From positions 1,152,001 to 1,216,000 of the forward strand of contig CBDFJQ010000002.1 of assembly GCA_965248575.1 (NCBI GenBank): DNA of 64,000 nt, written 5' to 3'. Below are positions 26,140-35,834 of the stretch, piece by piece; position 1 is the first letter of the stretch, and each line of letters starts with the position of its first letter. A model generated the notes under the pieces. The model saw only the letters and a program-made list of their open reading frames with translations. It did no database searches and was not told the origin of the DNA. Made by a program: the position numbers and the translations under genes. The DNA comes from Planctomycetota bacterium. GTDB taxonomy: Bacteria; Planctomycetota; B15-G4.

Positions 26140-28107
26140 CTAGGCGGACTGCGGTGAACGGCCGAGGCTGCGGTACACCTGCACCAAGGCTGCAAGCGAA
26201 AGCAGTAGCACGCCGCCAACGCTCCACTGGATCAGTGTGAGCGCACTCGCCAAACGCATCCGGCGGTCAATGGAAGGCTGCGCAAGTTGGGCATTCGCTC
26301 CCGCCGTGTCGGCGATCTGGCGCTGGGCAGGTGAGAGATCCGCCCCGTTTCCAGCCGCGTCATACTCATGCACTGCGAGTTCCCACTGCCCGCGCTCGAA
26401 GGCAATGTTGCCGAGCAGGAGGTGGGCACGTGCGGCGCGCTCTCCGCTGGCCTCTGGCAGCATCGCCGTGAGCAGCGATTCGACCTCTGACCAGCGCGTT
26501 TGTGCCATCAGGCCCGCGGCGCGAAGCAAGGCATCTTCCCCCGCCTGAAGCTCCAGCGTTGAGGGGCTGCGCAGCGACTGTCCCTTCCAGCTCGCATGGG
26601 CCAGGGCCTCGACGGGTGCTGCGCCATCCAGCAACGGCCCATCGTGCGCCGGATCCACACGGCCCATCGCTTGGCTGTCCCAGAGCCAATCCAAGCCGAT
26701 GCCGCCACCATCGAGGGCAGGGAGCGCGGTCGGCTGCACCGCTGCCCGCAGCGCCTCGCGAGTCAGGGAACCGCCGCGGGAGCCCATCAGCAACATGTTT
26801 CGTGTGCCAGGCACTCGTCCCAGCACCGACTCCTCGAAGACCGAGGCGAACGTCCCCGCAACCGCATTGACCACGGGATCTTCGCGCCCTGTCCCTCCGA
26901 TGTTCAGCGCCGCCACACCTCCTTCCAGCAGATGGTCGAACACGCTCTGGAAGAACTCCTGGGTGCAAAGGTGTGCAGGCAGGTAAACCTGCTGGGCGTA
27001 GGCATCCATGAGGATGGCGCCGTAACGCCCTGCGTCAGAACCCAGCGCGACCCGCCCGTCCACTCCCTCGACCGTGTCCACTCCTGCCGGCAGGTCGAAC
27101 CAACGGCGGCCGAGTTCCACGATCTCCGCGTCGATCTCGACCCCGCGCACTCGGGCTCCCGGATCCACACGCAAGAGCTGACGGGCCATGGTTCCTGCAG
27201 CGAGACCGATGATCAGCACGTCCCGTTCACCGCCCGCCCCCTTGGGTGCCGCCAAGGCTGGCGCAAGGAAGGCGTCGAAGTAGGTGCCAGACCAGAAGCT
27301 GTTCGGGTCGTAGAGCGAGTGGAAGCTGTCGAGCCCCTCGTTGAGTCGAAGCGCCCGAACGCCATCCTCCATCTCCACGACCTGCGCAAGCTGATAGGGC
27401 GTCTCACGCACTTCCAGAACGGTTCCGTCGGTCGCCCGACTGGCCGGCAGAAAGGCTGCCGCAGCAGGCAGCAGGAGCAGCAGCACTCGCCCCTTGCCAC
27501 CTTGCGAGCGCGCGACACGCTGGACAAGCAGCGCAATGCCCAACAGGAGCGCGCCCGCCACCCGAACAGCCCAAGCCGAGCCGACAGTCGACAACAGCAG
27601 GTGCGTGGCACCGAAGGTGCCGATCAGACTCCCAATCGTCCCGGCCCCCAAGAGTCGCCCAGCGACCTTGCCGGGCAGGCGCTGCGCGTCTGGTGACAGC
27701 CGCACCAGGCCCGGGGTCATGGCGCCGAGGGCCACCAGGGGGAAGCCCAGTGACACGAGGGAGACAAGCAAGGAACCCCAGGTCACGAAGGGATAGGCCT
27801 CGAGCAAGGGCAGCTCGCTGGGCACGACAGCCGCACCGAGTGCCCCGACGATGTCCGGCAGGGCAAGGGACCAAGCCCCCGCCAGGAACAGCAGGAGCGC
27901 CGGCCGGGGACCGCGAGCCGACTCAGCCCAGCGCCCGCCCAACCACTGCCCCGCAGCCAACGCGGCCAGGACCACGCCAATCACGTTCGTCCAAACGGGT
28001 TGGCTCTGACCGAACCACGGCGCCATGAGCCGGACGGCCATCAGCTCCAGCACCATCACGGCCGCACCCGTGAGCGCGGCCACGACGGTCAGCCAGGAGT
28101 TACTCAA
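26140..28107 (-). CDS. Membrane-bound spermidine-synthase-like / SAM methyltransferase (fused MFS-like N-terminus) with C-terminal TPR and TM helix
   Basis: VMVLELMAVRLMAPWFG, GTIGSLIGTF, ETPYQ, VLIIGLAAGT, VEIDAE, DGR, ILMDAY. Confidence 0.85.
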   Translation of the reverse strand: MSNSWLTVVAALTGAAVMVLELMAVRLMAPWFGQSQPVWTNVIGVVLAALAAGQWLGGRWAESARGPRPALLLFLAGAWSLALPDIVGALGAAVVPSELPLLEAYPFVTWGSLLVSLVSLGFPLVALGAMTPGLVRLSPDAQRLPGKVAGRLLGAGTIGSLIGTFGATHLLLSTVGSAWAVRVAGALLLGIALLVQRVARSQGGKGRVLLLLLPAAAAFLPASRATDGTVLEVRETPYQLAQVVEMEDGVRALRLNEGLDSFHSLYDPNSFWSGTYFDAFLAPALAAPKGAGGERDVLIIGLAAGTMARQLLRVDPGARVRGVEIDAEIVELGRRWFDLPAGVDTVEGVDGRVALGSDAGRYGAILMDAYAQQVYLPAHLCTQEFFQSVFDHLLEGGVAALNIGGTGREDPVVNAVAGTFASVFEESVLGRVPGTRNMLLMGSRGGSLTREALRAAVQPTALPALDGGGIGLDWLWDSQAMGRVDPAHDGPLLDGAAPVEALAHASWKGQSLRSPSTLELQAGEDALLRAAGLMAQTRWSEVESLLTAMLPEASGERAARAHLLLGNIAFERGQWELAVHEYDAAGNGADLSPAQRQIADTAGANAQLAQPSIDRRMRLASALTLIQWSVGGVLLLSLAALVQVYRSLGRSPQSA

Positions 28108-28140
28108 GCCGTGGCTCCATCATCCGGACCTCGTTGGAAG

Positions 28141-29529
28141 TCAATCGCCGCCCGGAAGGTTCGCGTCGATCTCTTCGATGCGCTCGCTCGCCGTGTAGAG
28201 ACCGTAGTCGCCTGAGTTGTTGAAGAAGCGGGTCTCCAGCAGATCGCGCAAGCTGCGCTTGATCATCTTTCGGCTGACCTTCTCCTCGCCGTTCACCTTG
28301 ATGGTCACCGGCTTGTCGAGGTTGACCAGCGAATCGGAGAGGTACACGAACATCTCGAGCACGTTGACGCATTCGATCTCGATCGTGTTCGTGCCGCGGT
28401 CGATGCGCGCTTGGATACGCGGAAAGTCCGCATCGCCGGGCTGTGCCGTGACCCGGCGGTTGATGTTCGTCGCCGTGCACCAGTTGATGCTCCCGAAGCG
28501 CACGTCACCGAGCTTGTACTCAAACTCCGTCGGGGAGGGATCCCGGCGACAGCCCTCAAGCCACGTCGCCACCGAGCCCAACGCCTCCGCATCGGGGCTC
28601 AAGGCGGAGGTGCCAAGCTCCACGACCTCCGCGTCGACGCCATCGGCCCCCGTCAAGACGTCCACCGAATCCGGAGCCTCATCACCTGTGCCCTTGAGAT
28701 ACATCACGGGCACCGTCGCCAGGTTGCTGTAGATGAGCTCGGACGACTCCACCGGCGAGGACCGCAGCAGCAGCCCCGAGAAGAAGGGCGTGGTGGTCGC
28801 GAGCCGCAATGCATCAGTACCAGCGTCTGCCCATCCATCGAGCACCACCCGGGTCCGATCGAACGGGAGCTGCTCCAGCAGCGTGCGGTAGGCCGTGAAG
28901 AAGACGTACATGCCCGCGTCCCCCACCCAGCTTTCGTCCAGTTCCGTTGTCTCCGCCTTGCGACCCTCACCCGACTCCAACCCGATCGGAATGAGGATGA
29001 TGTGCGACTCGCTCAAGCTGCCATAGGCCGCCGCCGCCTCGTCGCCCAGCTGCTCTTCGAGCTTCTTTCCAGACTGACCCACGGTGTGCTTGAGGCTGAC
29101 GATCGCGGGCAAGATCGCCCCACCCTTGGCGACTGCGGGGATGGACAGCAGGGAGACAACCCGCCGCCCCTCGGGATCCCACGGATCCGCGAACACATGC
29201 CGGAAGAAGCCCCTGCCGTAGTTGCTGGTGAGATCGCGCCCGGGGGATTTCGACGTCTCGAGCAGGAAGTCCCAGTCGCCGGTATAGGCCAACAGCGAGC
29301 CGTCGACCTTGGCCTTCTTGGCGGCCTTCGCCAGCGCGGACTCCAGCTTCCCGAGCGTCGAGACCTGAGCTTGGCGATCGTCCTCATCCAGAGCCTCGAA
29401 GAAGGCATTGACGTCCTTGCTCATCTTCGTCAAATCCCGATCGGACACACCCGAGCGGGCCAGGCCATCCTCGTCAGCCGGCCACAGCAACAGCGCCGGG
29501 ATGAGCAGCAGGTGAGCAATCATCAACAT
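28141..29529 (-). CDS. Exported hypothetical protein with degenerate alpha/beta-hydrolase-like core
   Basis: Signal peptide. FDRTRVVLDGWADAG at the nucleophile-elbow position, VPVMYLKG, C-terminal LVNLDKPVTIKVNG. Confidence 0.65.
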   Translation of the reverse strand: MLMIAHLLLIPALLLWPADEDGLARSGVSDRDLTKMSKDVNAFFEALDEDDRQAQVSTLGKLESALAKAAKKAKVDGSLLAYTGDWDFLLETSKSPGRDLTSNYGRGFFRHVFADPWDPEGRRVVSLLSIPAVAKGGAILPAIVSLKHTVGQSGKKLEEQLGDEAAAAYGSLSESHIILIPIGLESGEGRKAETTELDESWVGDAGMYVFFTAYRTLLEQLPFDRTRVVLDGWADAGTDALRLATTTPFFSGLLLRSSPVESSELIYSNLATVPVMYLKGTGDEAPDSVDVLTGADGVDAEVVELGTSALSPDAEALGSVATWLEGCRRDPSPTEFEYKLGDVRFGSINWCTATNINRRVTAQPGDADFPRIQARIDRGTNTIEIECVNVLEMFVYLSDSLVNLDKPVTIKVNGEEKVSRKMIKRSLRDLLETRFFNNSGDYGLYTASERIEEIDANLPGGD

Positions 29530-29647
29530 GTCTCCAATGGGTGTTTCCGCCAGGGGGCGGAACCCGGAACCAAAGGTGATCCCCGGTGAACAGAAAGTGT
29601 AGCGGGCCCGTGAAGGGGTTCACAACCGACGGCTGGGGGCTCGGAAA

Positions 29648-31168
29648 TCAGTCTGGCCGCCCTGCCCGAAACCTCAAATAGAGGGCTCGATCGCGCTCAG
29701 GCTCCTGCCTCAGCACGTCCTCAAGAAGTCGAACGGCTTCCGGGACCGAGCCGGACGGGTGCCCCAGATGCCAGGCGGCGAGGTTCTCCCGGGCATCTTG
29801 TGAGCCAGGCAGTCCGATGGCCGCTTCCAGCAGGAGCTTCTCCCCCGCAGCGTCACCAGCTCCAGCGGCAGCCAGGGCCGCATCGTTCAAGAGGTCGGAG
29901 CGTTCGGGCAGCAAGACCAGCAGTTCGTCCCAAGCGCGCTTCGCCTTGTCCTTGCGACCCGAGCGCCACAGAGTCAGCGCCCGGTTGCGAGCCGCCCGCT
30001 CATCGCGGTGCTCGATCTCCATGGCCATGTCATACACCGCCAAGGCCTCCTCCCAGCGCCGGGCCAGGCCCAAGGTGTCGGCGACGTCCAAGAGGATCGA
30101 GAAGGCTTCCCAGTCTCGCGCTGAGGCTCGGGGCTGCAGCAAGGCCACGGCCTGCTCGAATCGCTCCAGCCTCAGCAACAGCGATGCGTGGGCCCGATCA
30201 TAGGCCGGGCTGCGCCCCGTGCTGGCATCCACCGACGCCAGGGCCGCCTCTGCTTCAGGGCCGCGTCCGAGCTGATCCAGCGCATGAGCCTTCGCCCACG
30301 CCACCGTCTCGGAGACCTGACCTGGGCGCGCCCCTCGCAAGCTGTCCAAGCGCGTGAGCCGAGCCTCGGCATGCTCCGCCCCCGGCAAGATCAGCAGCAG
30401 CGTCTTGAGCAGCGTGTTGTCATCGGCTTCGCCATCCAGCGCCCTCTGCCAGGCGTCCGCGGCCGTCACCGAATCACCGGCCGCCGCTGCGGCCTCCGCC
30501 CAGCTGAGCGCGTAGAGGGCGCGATCGGGAGCCGCATCCGAGGCCCGCTCCAGCCAGGACAACACCGTGACATCGGGCGCTCGTGAGGGTCCGTTCGACG
30601 ACGCCGATCCGGCTGGCCCCACCCACTCCATCCACCCTCGAAGGAAGGCAGCATAGGGCTGGGCCGTCAGCTTCCAGGCCTGCTCCAGGTCCTGTTTGAG
30701 GGACGCGTCCGCTCCCTCTCGATAGCGGGCCCCTTGATAGCGAGCCTCGAACCACCATTCCGAGACCGTGTGCTCGGAGAGTCCGTTCAGGGATTCGCTC
30801 CCCGCCGCCTGATCCCAACTGCCCAACGCAGCTGCCAACTCCTCGGTGGCGCGCTGCAGCAGGGCTGCGCCCAAATCTTGCGAGAACTCATCGCCGCCCA
30901 ACAACAGCAAGGCGCGCTGAGCGCTGGCGCGCCCCAACCAGGCCCGGGCGGCCACAGCCTGACCGGCGTCTTGCCCCACGTCCTGGAGCGCCAACTGCTG
31001 CTCTGCCGCGGAGAGGAGTTCGCTCCAAAGCCCTTGCTCGGCCAGCTCTGCAAAAGACGGCCCATCCTGCAGGACTGCTGAGGCCGAGGCTGTCGGCATG
31101 GGGCCCGCAGCCACAAAGGCCGCAACGAGCAGGCACAGGAAGCGGAGATATGTTGGAGAGCGCATCAC
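29648..31168 (-). CDS. Exported tetratricopeptide-repeat protein
   Basis: Signal peptide. Helical repeats such as WEEALAVYDMAMEIE, RNRALTLWRSG, ARENLA. Confidence 0.75.
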   Translation of the reverse strand: MMRSPTYLRFLCLLVAAFVAAGPMPTASASAVLQDGPSFAELAEQGLWSELLSAAEQQLALQDVGQDAGQAVAARAWLGRASAQRALLLLGGDEFSQDLGAALLQRATEELAAALGSWDQAAGSESLNGLSEHTVSEWWFEARYQGARYREGADASLKQDLEQAWKLTAQPYAAFLRGWMEWVGPAGSASSNGPSRAPDVTVLSWLERASDAAPDRALYALSWAEAAAAAGDSVTAADAWQRALDGEADDNTLLKTLLLILPGAEHAEARLTRLDSLRGARPGQVSETVAWAKAHALDQLGRGPEAEAALASVDASTGRSPAYDRAHASLLLRLERFEQAVALLQPRASARDWEAFSILLDVADTLGLARRWEEALAVYDMAMEIEHRDERAARNRALTLWRSGRKDKAKRAWDELLVLLPERSDLLNDAALAAAGAGDAAGEKLLLEAAIGLPGSQDARENLAAWHLGHPSGSVPEAVRLLEDVLRQEPERDRALYLRFRAGRPD

Positions 31169-31176
31169 CCCAACAC

Positions 31177-32238
31177 CTACAGTTCGGCGCTCCCCTCGTA
31201 ACGCACCTTGCGCTCGCCTGCTTCGAGGCGCCCCATCACCACGGGCTGCGCCCCTGCTGCCTTGAGGCTGGCGAGCATGCGCTCCACCTCGGTCGCCTGC
31301 ACGGCGAGGATCATGCCCAGGCCCATGTTGAAGGTGCGGTCCATCTCGTCGCGCTCCACCGGCCCGAGTTGTGCCATGTGCACGAAGACAGGAGGCACCT
31401 CCCAGGCGTCCCGGTCGACCACCGCGCCAATGCCCTCCGGGAGCACGCGCGGCAGGTTGTCGGTAAAGCCACCTCCAGTGATGTGCGCCATGGCGTGCAA
31501 GGCAGGGTCCTTCAACAAGCCGCGAAGCTCCGGAAGATAGCAGTGGTGTGTGGCGAGCAGCGCTTCACCCACCGTCCCAGGCAATCCGGGCAAGGTGGCG
31601 TCCGGCTCAAGGCCCGCCCGCTCAAAGAAGATCTTCTGGGCGAGGGAGTAGCCGTTGGTGTGCAGCCCGGTGGACGGCAATCCGATCAGCACGTCGTCAG
31701 CGCGCACCCGCTCTGGGCCCAGGATGTCGCCGCGATCCATCACGCCGACGATGAAGCCCGCCAAGTCGAAGTCGCCGCGGCCGTAGAGCCCGGGCATCTC
31801 GGCCGTCTCACCGCCGATCAATGCCACACCTTGCTCGCCGCAAGCACGCGCGAAGCCCGAGACAATGCCCTCCACCATGCCCGGCTCGAAATGCCCAGCC
31901 GCGACGTAGTCCATGAAGAACAGGGGCGTCGCACCCATCACGAGGATGTCGTCGATGCAGTGATTCACCAGATCCGCCCCGACGGTGTCGAAGCGCTGCA
32001 TGCGGCGCGCAACCATCAGCTTCGTGCCCACGCCATCCGTGCTCGAAACGAGCACGGGCTCCTTCATGTCGCCGAAATCTGCCTTGAACAGCGCGCCGAA
32101 GCTGCCCAGGCCCGTCAACACCCGGGGGTCGGTGTGGGTGGCTGCGGCCATCTCGCCCACACCCTTGAGGGCATTGGTCACGGAGTCGATGTCGACCCCC
32201 GCGTCCTTGTAAGTCAGGGAAGACTTCTCGGCTACCAT
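31177..32238 (-). CDS. purM: Phosphoribosylformylglycinamidine cyclo-ligase
   Basis: TYKDAGVDI, STDGVGTKL, LIGGETAEMPG, GLHTNGYSL, HITGGG, TFNMGLGM. Confidence 0.97.
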   Translation of the reverse strand: MVAEKSSLTYKDAGVDIDSVTNALKGVGEMAAATHTDPRVLTGLGSFGALFKADFGDMKEPVLVSSTDGVGTKLMVARRMQRFDTVGADLVNHCIDDILVMGATPLFFMDYVAAGHFEPGMVEGIVSGFARACGEQGVALIGGETAEMPGLYGRGDFDLAGFIVGVMDRGDILGPERVRADDVLIGLPSTGLHTNGYSLAQKIFFERAGLEPDATLPGLPGTVGEALLATHHCYLPELRGLLKDPALHAMAHITGGGFTDNLPRVLPEGIGAVVDRDAWEVPPVFVHMAQLGPVERDEMDRTFNMGLGMILAVQATEVERMLASLKAAGAQPVVMGRLEAGERKVRYEGSAEL

Positions 32239-32738
32239 TCTCGCGACTCTCCGGTCCGCAGCCTCTCAAGCACGGTGCGGTTGTTGGCAAAAGCGATGTC
32301 TCGGGGCAGGGCGTCCAGCGACATCCAAGCCACCTCCGAGCATTCATCTCCGGGTTCCAGCTCTCCGTCCATCTCGACTCCGTCATAGACGACCAAGAGG
32401 GACGGCTTGCGCGGATCATCCGGAGTCGTGAACACGTCCACCAGCCCTGTCAGCTGAACGATGAGTCCGGTCTCCTCCCGGACCTCCCTCACAGCCGCCG
32501 TCTCGATGGTCTCGTCCACTTCCTGATAGCCCGCGGGCAGGGCCCACAAACCAGCATAGGGCTCGATGCTGCGCCGGCAGAGCAGGACCTCCCGATCTCT
32601 GCGGACCACCACTGCGGCCGCAGGCACCGGGTTCTCCCAGGCGATGTGGCCACAGTCCGGACACGTCTGTCGCGGCCGACCATCCAGCTCCTGGGAGACC
32701 AGCCCTGTGCCGCAAACGATGCAGAATCGAGGTTGCAT
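32232..32738 (-). CDS. NUDIX hydrolase with N-terminal zinc ribbon
   Basis: FCIVCG..CPDCG, WALPAGYQEVDETIETAAVREVREETGL. Confidence 0.92.
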   Translation of the reverse strand: MQPRFCIVCGTGLVSQELDGRPRQTCPDCGHIAWENPVPAAAVVVRRDREVLLCRRSIEPYAGLWALPAGYQEVDETIETAAVREVREETGLIVQLTGLVDVFTTPDDPRKPSLLVVYDGVEMDGELEPGDECSEVAWMSLDALPRDIAFANNRTVLERLRTGESREW

Positions 32739-32786
32739 CAGGCGGAGGATAACAGAGTGCCGTCCGGGCTATACTCGCCAGCATCT

Positions 32787-33950
32787 ATGGCCAAACGCGT
32801 CCTCGTCCTCGGTTCCACAGGCTCCGTCGGGAAGCAATCCCTCGACGTGCTTTCCAGTCTCGGCCCCACCCATCAGGTGGTCGGTCTCTCCGCCCACAGC
32901 TCGGTGGAGGGCCTGCTGGCACAGGCTCACGACGTCCACCCCGAGGCCATCTGCCTTGCTGATGAAACGGCCGCCAGGGCAGCCGAGGCGGCGGGCGGCC
33001 TGCCAAACGGATGCCGCCTGCTGAGAGGTGCCGACGGGCTCATGGAATTGGTGGAGTCCACCCAGCCCGATGTGGTCGTCTGCTCCATCACCGGGGCAGC
33101 AGGGCTCAGGTCGACCTTGGCAGCAGCTGCCTCGGGTGCTGTGGTCGCCCTGGCCAACAAGGAAAGCCTGGTGCTCGCCGGGCATCTGGTGAAACGCGCC
33201 TGCGCCGAGTCCGGCTCCGTGCTCGTGCCCGTGGACAGCGAGCACTCTGCCATCGCCCAGTGCCTGCGTGGCCAGGATCTCGCCGGCGTGCGCAGGCTGG
33301 TGCTCACCGCTTCGGGAGGCCCCTTCCGCGGCTGGGACCGTGAGGCCCTCAAGTCCGTGACCATCGAGCAAGCGCTCAAGCACCCCTCCTGGGAAATGGG
33401 CCCCCGCATCACCATCGACAGCGCCACTCTGATGAACAAGGGCCTCGAGATCATCGAGGCCTGCCACCTGTTCGACACGCCGGTGGATCGGGTCGAGGTC
33501 GTCGTCCACCCCCAGAGCATCATCCACTCGATGGTGGAGTACATCGATGGGGCGCTGCTGGCGCAGCTCAGTCAGCCGGACATGCGCCTCCCCATCCGCT
33601 ACGCCCTTGGCTATCCCGATCGCATTCCGAACCCTGAGGGCGCGGCGGACCTGAGTCGGCTGGGCGGGCTCAGCTTCGAGTCCCCCGACCGCGAGACCTT
33701 CCGCTGCCTGGCCCTGGCCGAGCGCGCGGCACGCGACGGAGGCCTCTCCGGGACCATCCTGAACGCCGCCAACGAAGTGGCGGTCGAGGCCTTCCTGGCC
33801 GGGCGCATCCCGTTCCTCGAGATCCCGGATGTGGTCGAGAACGCCCTCGACGCCTTCGCTCCTCAACTCGAGCCCGACCTTGCGTCGATCCTTGAGACCG
33901 ATGCCGCCGTGCGCCTGCACGCAAGCGCGACCCTTCAACCAACTCCCTGA
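32787..33950 (+). CDS. dxr: 1-deoxy-D-xylulose-5-phosphate reductoisomerase
   Basis: LGSTGSVG, LANKESLV, PVDSEHSAI, LTASGGPF, HPSWEMG, DSATLMNKGLEIIEA, HPQSIIHSMV, NAANE. Confidence 0.97.
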   Translation: MAKRVLVLGSTGSVGKQSLDVLSSLGPTHQVVGLSAHSSVEGLLAQAHDVHPEAICLADETAARAAEAAGGLPNGCRLLRGADGLMELVESTQPDVVVCSITGAAGLRSTLAAAASGAVVALANKESLVLAGHLVKRACAESGSVLVPVDSEHSAIAQCLRGQDLAGVRRLVLTASGGPFRGWDREALKSVTIEQALKHPSWEMGPRITIDSATLMNKGLEIIEACHLFDTPVDRVEVVVHPQSIIHSMVEYIDGALLAQLSQPDMRLPIRYALGYPDRIPNPEGAADLSRLGGLSFESPDRETFRCLALAERAARDGGLSGTILNAANEVAVEAFLAGRIPFLEIPDVVENALDAFAPQLEPDLASILETDAAVRLHASATLQPTP

Positions 33951-33992
33951 GAAAGATCGGCCCGCACGTTGCAAGGGCCCTTCATCGCCAAC

Positions 33993-35834
33993 ATGTCCGA
34001 ACTCGTTGCCAACGCTGGCACCATCCTGCTGGCCGTCCTGGGCATCAGCCTGCTCATCTTCGTTCACGAAGCGGGGCACTTCCTGGCCGCACGCTTGTTC
34101 AAGGTGCGCGTTGAGACCTTCTCGCTTGGCTTCGGCCCACGCATCTTCGGCATGCAACGCGGTGATACGGAGTACCGCGTTTCGGCGATTCCGCTGGGTG
34201 GCTACGTCAAGATGGCGGGCGAGTACAGCGACTTCATGGAGGATGGGGACCGCGTCCTCGATGAGGACGACCTGAACAGCAAACCCATCTGGCAGCGATT
34301 CATCATCTTTGCCGCCGGTCCGGCAGTGAACTTCCTGCTGGCCTTCTTGCTGTTCCCGATCGGGTTTGCCAGCGGTGCTCCCTTCGTGGCCCCCATCGTG
34401 GGAGACATCACCCAAGGCGGAGCCGCCTGGAGTGCAGGGCTGCAAACGGGGGACCAGGTGGTCTCGATCAACGGCAACCGCGTCTATGGCTTCACCGACG
34501 TCGCGCTTGAGATCGCGCTGAGCGACCCCGACAACACCAGCGCGATCATTCGCCGCGATGGCCGGGAGTTCAGCCAGGACTTCGAGCTGCTGCACAACGA
34601 AAGCCAGGGTCGCTACGACCTGGGCATCAGACCTCACCAGCTCCCCGTCCTACGCCTGGCTGAGGGAGGCTCCGCCGAAAACGCCGGCCTCCAAGCGGGG
34701 GACATCCTCGTCGGTGTTGAAGACCTCCGTGTTGGCAGCATGGAGGACGGCAAGCTGGTCTCGCCGTCCCAGTGCCTCATCTCGATCTTCAACCGCTCCG
34801 ACGCAGTCACCGTGCATGTGGAGCGCGACGGCCGGGCCCTGAGCTTCGTGATGGAGCCGGAATCAGTCGAGCTCGAGAACCCCAAACCCCAGCTGGGCGC
34901 CTGGCCCGCCGCCACGCGCGTTGGTGGCTTGCGCCAACTCGCCTCCCAGGCCGGCTTCCCCCTCAAGGAAGGGGACCTCGTCGAGCACGTGAACGGCGTT
35001 GAAGTGATGACGGGCGAATCGATCCGGAAGGTCCTGAGAGACACTCCCGATGCGCTGCAAACAGCCTTCCGTATCCGGCGTGACGGGGCCAGCATGAACA
35101 TCACCCTCGGCACCGACGACCTCGCCGCCATCCTTGCCCGGGACGTGATCTTCGCCCAGGACATCCAGGGTCCGCTTCGCATCCAACCCGTGGCCGGTGG
35201 GTCGCTCTTGGCCGCTGGCATGCAGGACGGCGATCTCATCGTTGCCCTCAACGGGCAATCCCTCGACAACTTCGCCGATCTCCAGAAGCTCGTGGGCGAC
35301 CACCCCGAGCAGGTGGACTATCGCGTGGAGTTCTTGCGTGCCGGCGAACAGGAGAAACGCGAAGTCTCTGTACGCGCCCACCCCCTGCCCGCCTACCAAT
35401 TCGGATTGAGCTCGACGACCCACGAGGTGGTCTACGACTTCGACTTCGCAGGAAACATGAAGGCCGGTCTCGATTCCTCCATCAACTCCATTCGGCAGAC
35501 GGGACTGACCCTCGCCAAGCTCTTCACCGGCGAGGTGGGAACGGAAAACCTGGGTGGTCCGCTGGCCATCTCCGTCATCACCTACGAAGCCGCCAAGTGG
35601 AGCTTCGCCAAGCTGCTCATGTTCCTTGCAGCACTCTCGGTCAACCTCGGCTTCATCAACAGCCTGCCGATCCCGGTCCTGGACGGCGGACAAATCGTCT
35701 TCCTGCTGTGCGAGAAGGCCAAGGGCAGCCGGCTCTCTGAACGGTTCATGCAGAACGCCCAGCTCGCAGGTTTCGTGGCGATCCTGGCGCTCATGGTGTA
35801 CGTGACCATCAACGACTTCGTGCGCTTCACCTGA
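33993..35834 (+). CDS. rseP: RIP metalloprotease RseP (site-2 protease) with multiple PDZ domains
   Basis: HEAGH, FSLGFGP, AIPLGGYVKM, AGPAVN, NSLPIPVLDGG. Follows dxr as in the conserved dxr-rseP synteny. Confidence 0.93.
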   Translation: MSELVANAGTILLAVLGISLLIFVHEAGHFLAARLFKVRVETFSLGFGPRIFGMQRGDTEYRVSAIPLGGYVKMAGEYSDFMEDGDRVLDEDDLNSKPIWQRFIIFAAGPAVNFLLAFLLFPIGFASGAPFVAPIVGDITQGGAAWSAGLQTGDQVVSINGNRVYGFTDVALEIALSDPDNTSAIIRRDGREFSQDFELLHNESQGRYDLGIRPHQLPVLRLAEGGSAENAGLQAGDILVGVEDLRVGSMEDGKLVSPSQCLISIFNRSDAVTVHVERDGRALSFVMEPESVELENPKPQLGAWPAATRVGGLRQLASQAGFPLKEGDLVEHVNGVEVMTGESIRKVLRDTPDALQTAFRIRRDGASMNITLGTDDLAAILARDVIFAQDIQGPLRIQPVAGGSLLAAGMQDGDLIVALNGQSLDNFADLQKLVGDHPEQVDYRVEFLRAGEQEKREVSVRAHPLPAYQFGLSSTTHEVVYDFDFAGNMKAGLDSSINSIRQTGLTLAKLFTGEVGTENLGGPLAISVITYEAAKWSFAKLLMFLAALSVNLGFINSLPIPVLDGGQIVFLLCEKAKGSRLSERFMQNAQLAGFVAILALMVYVTINDFVRFT

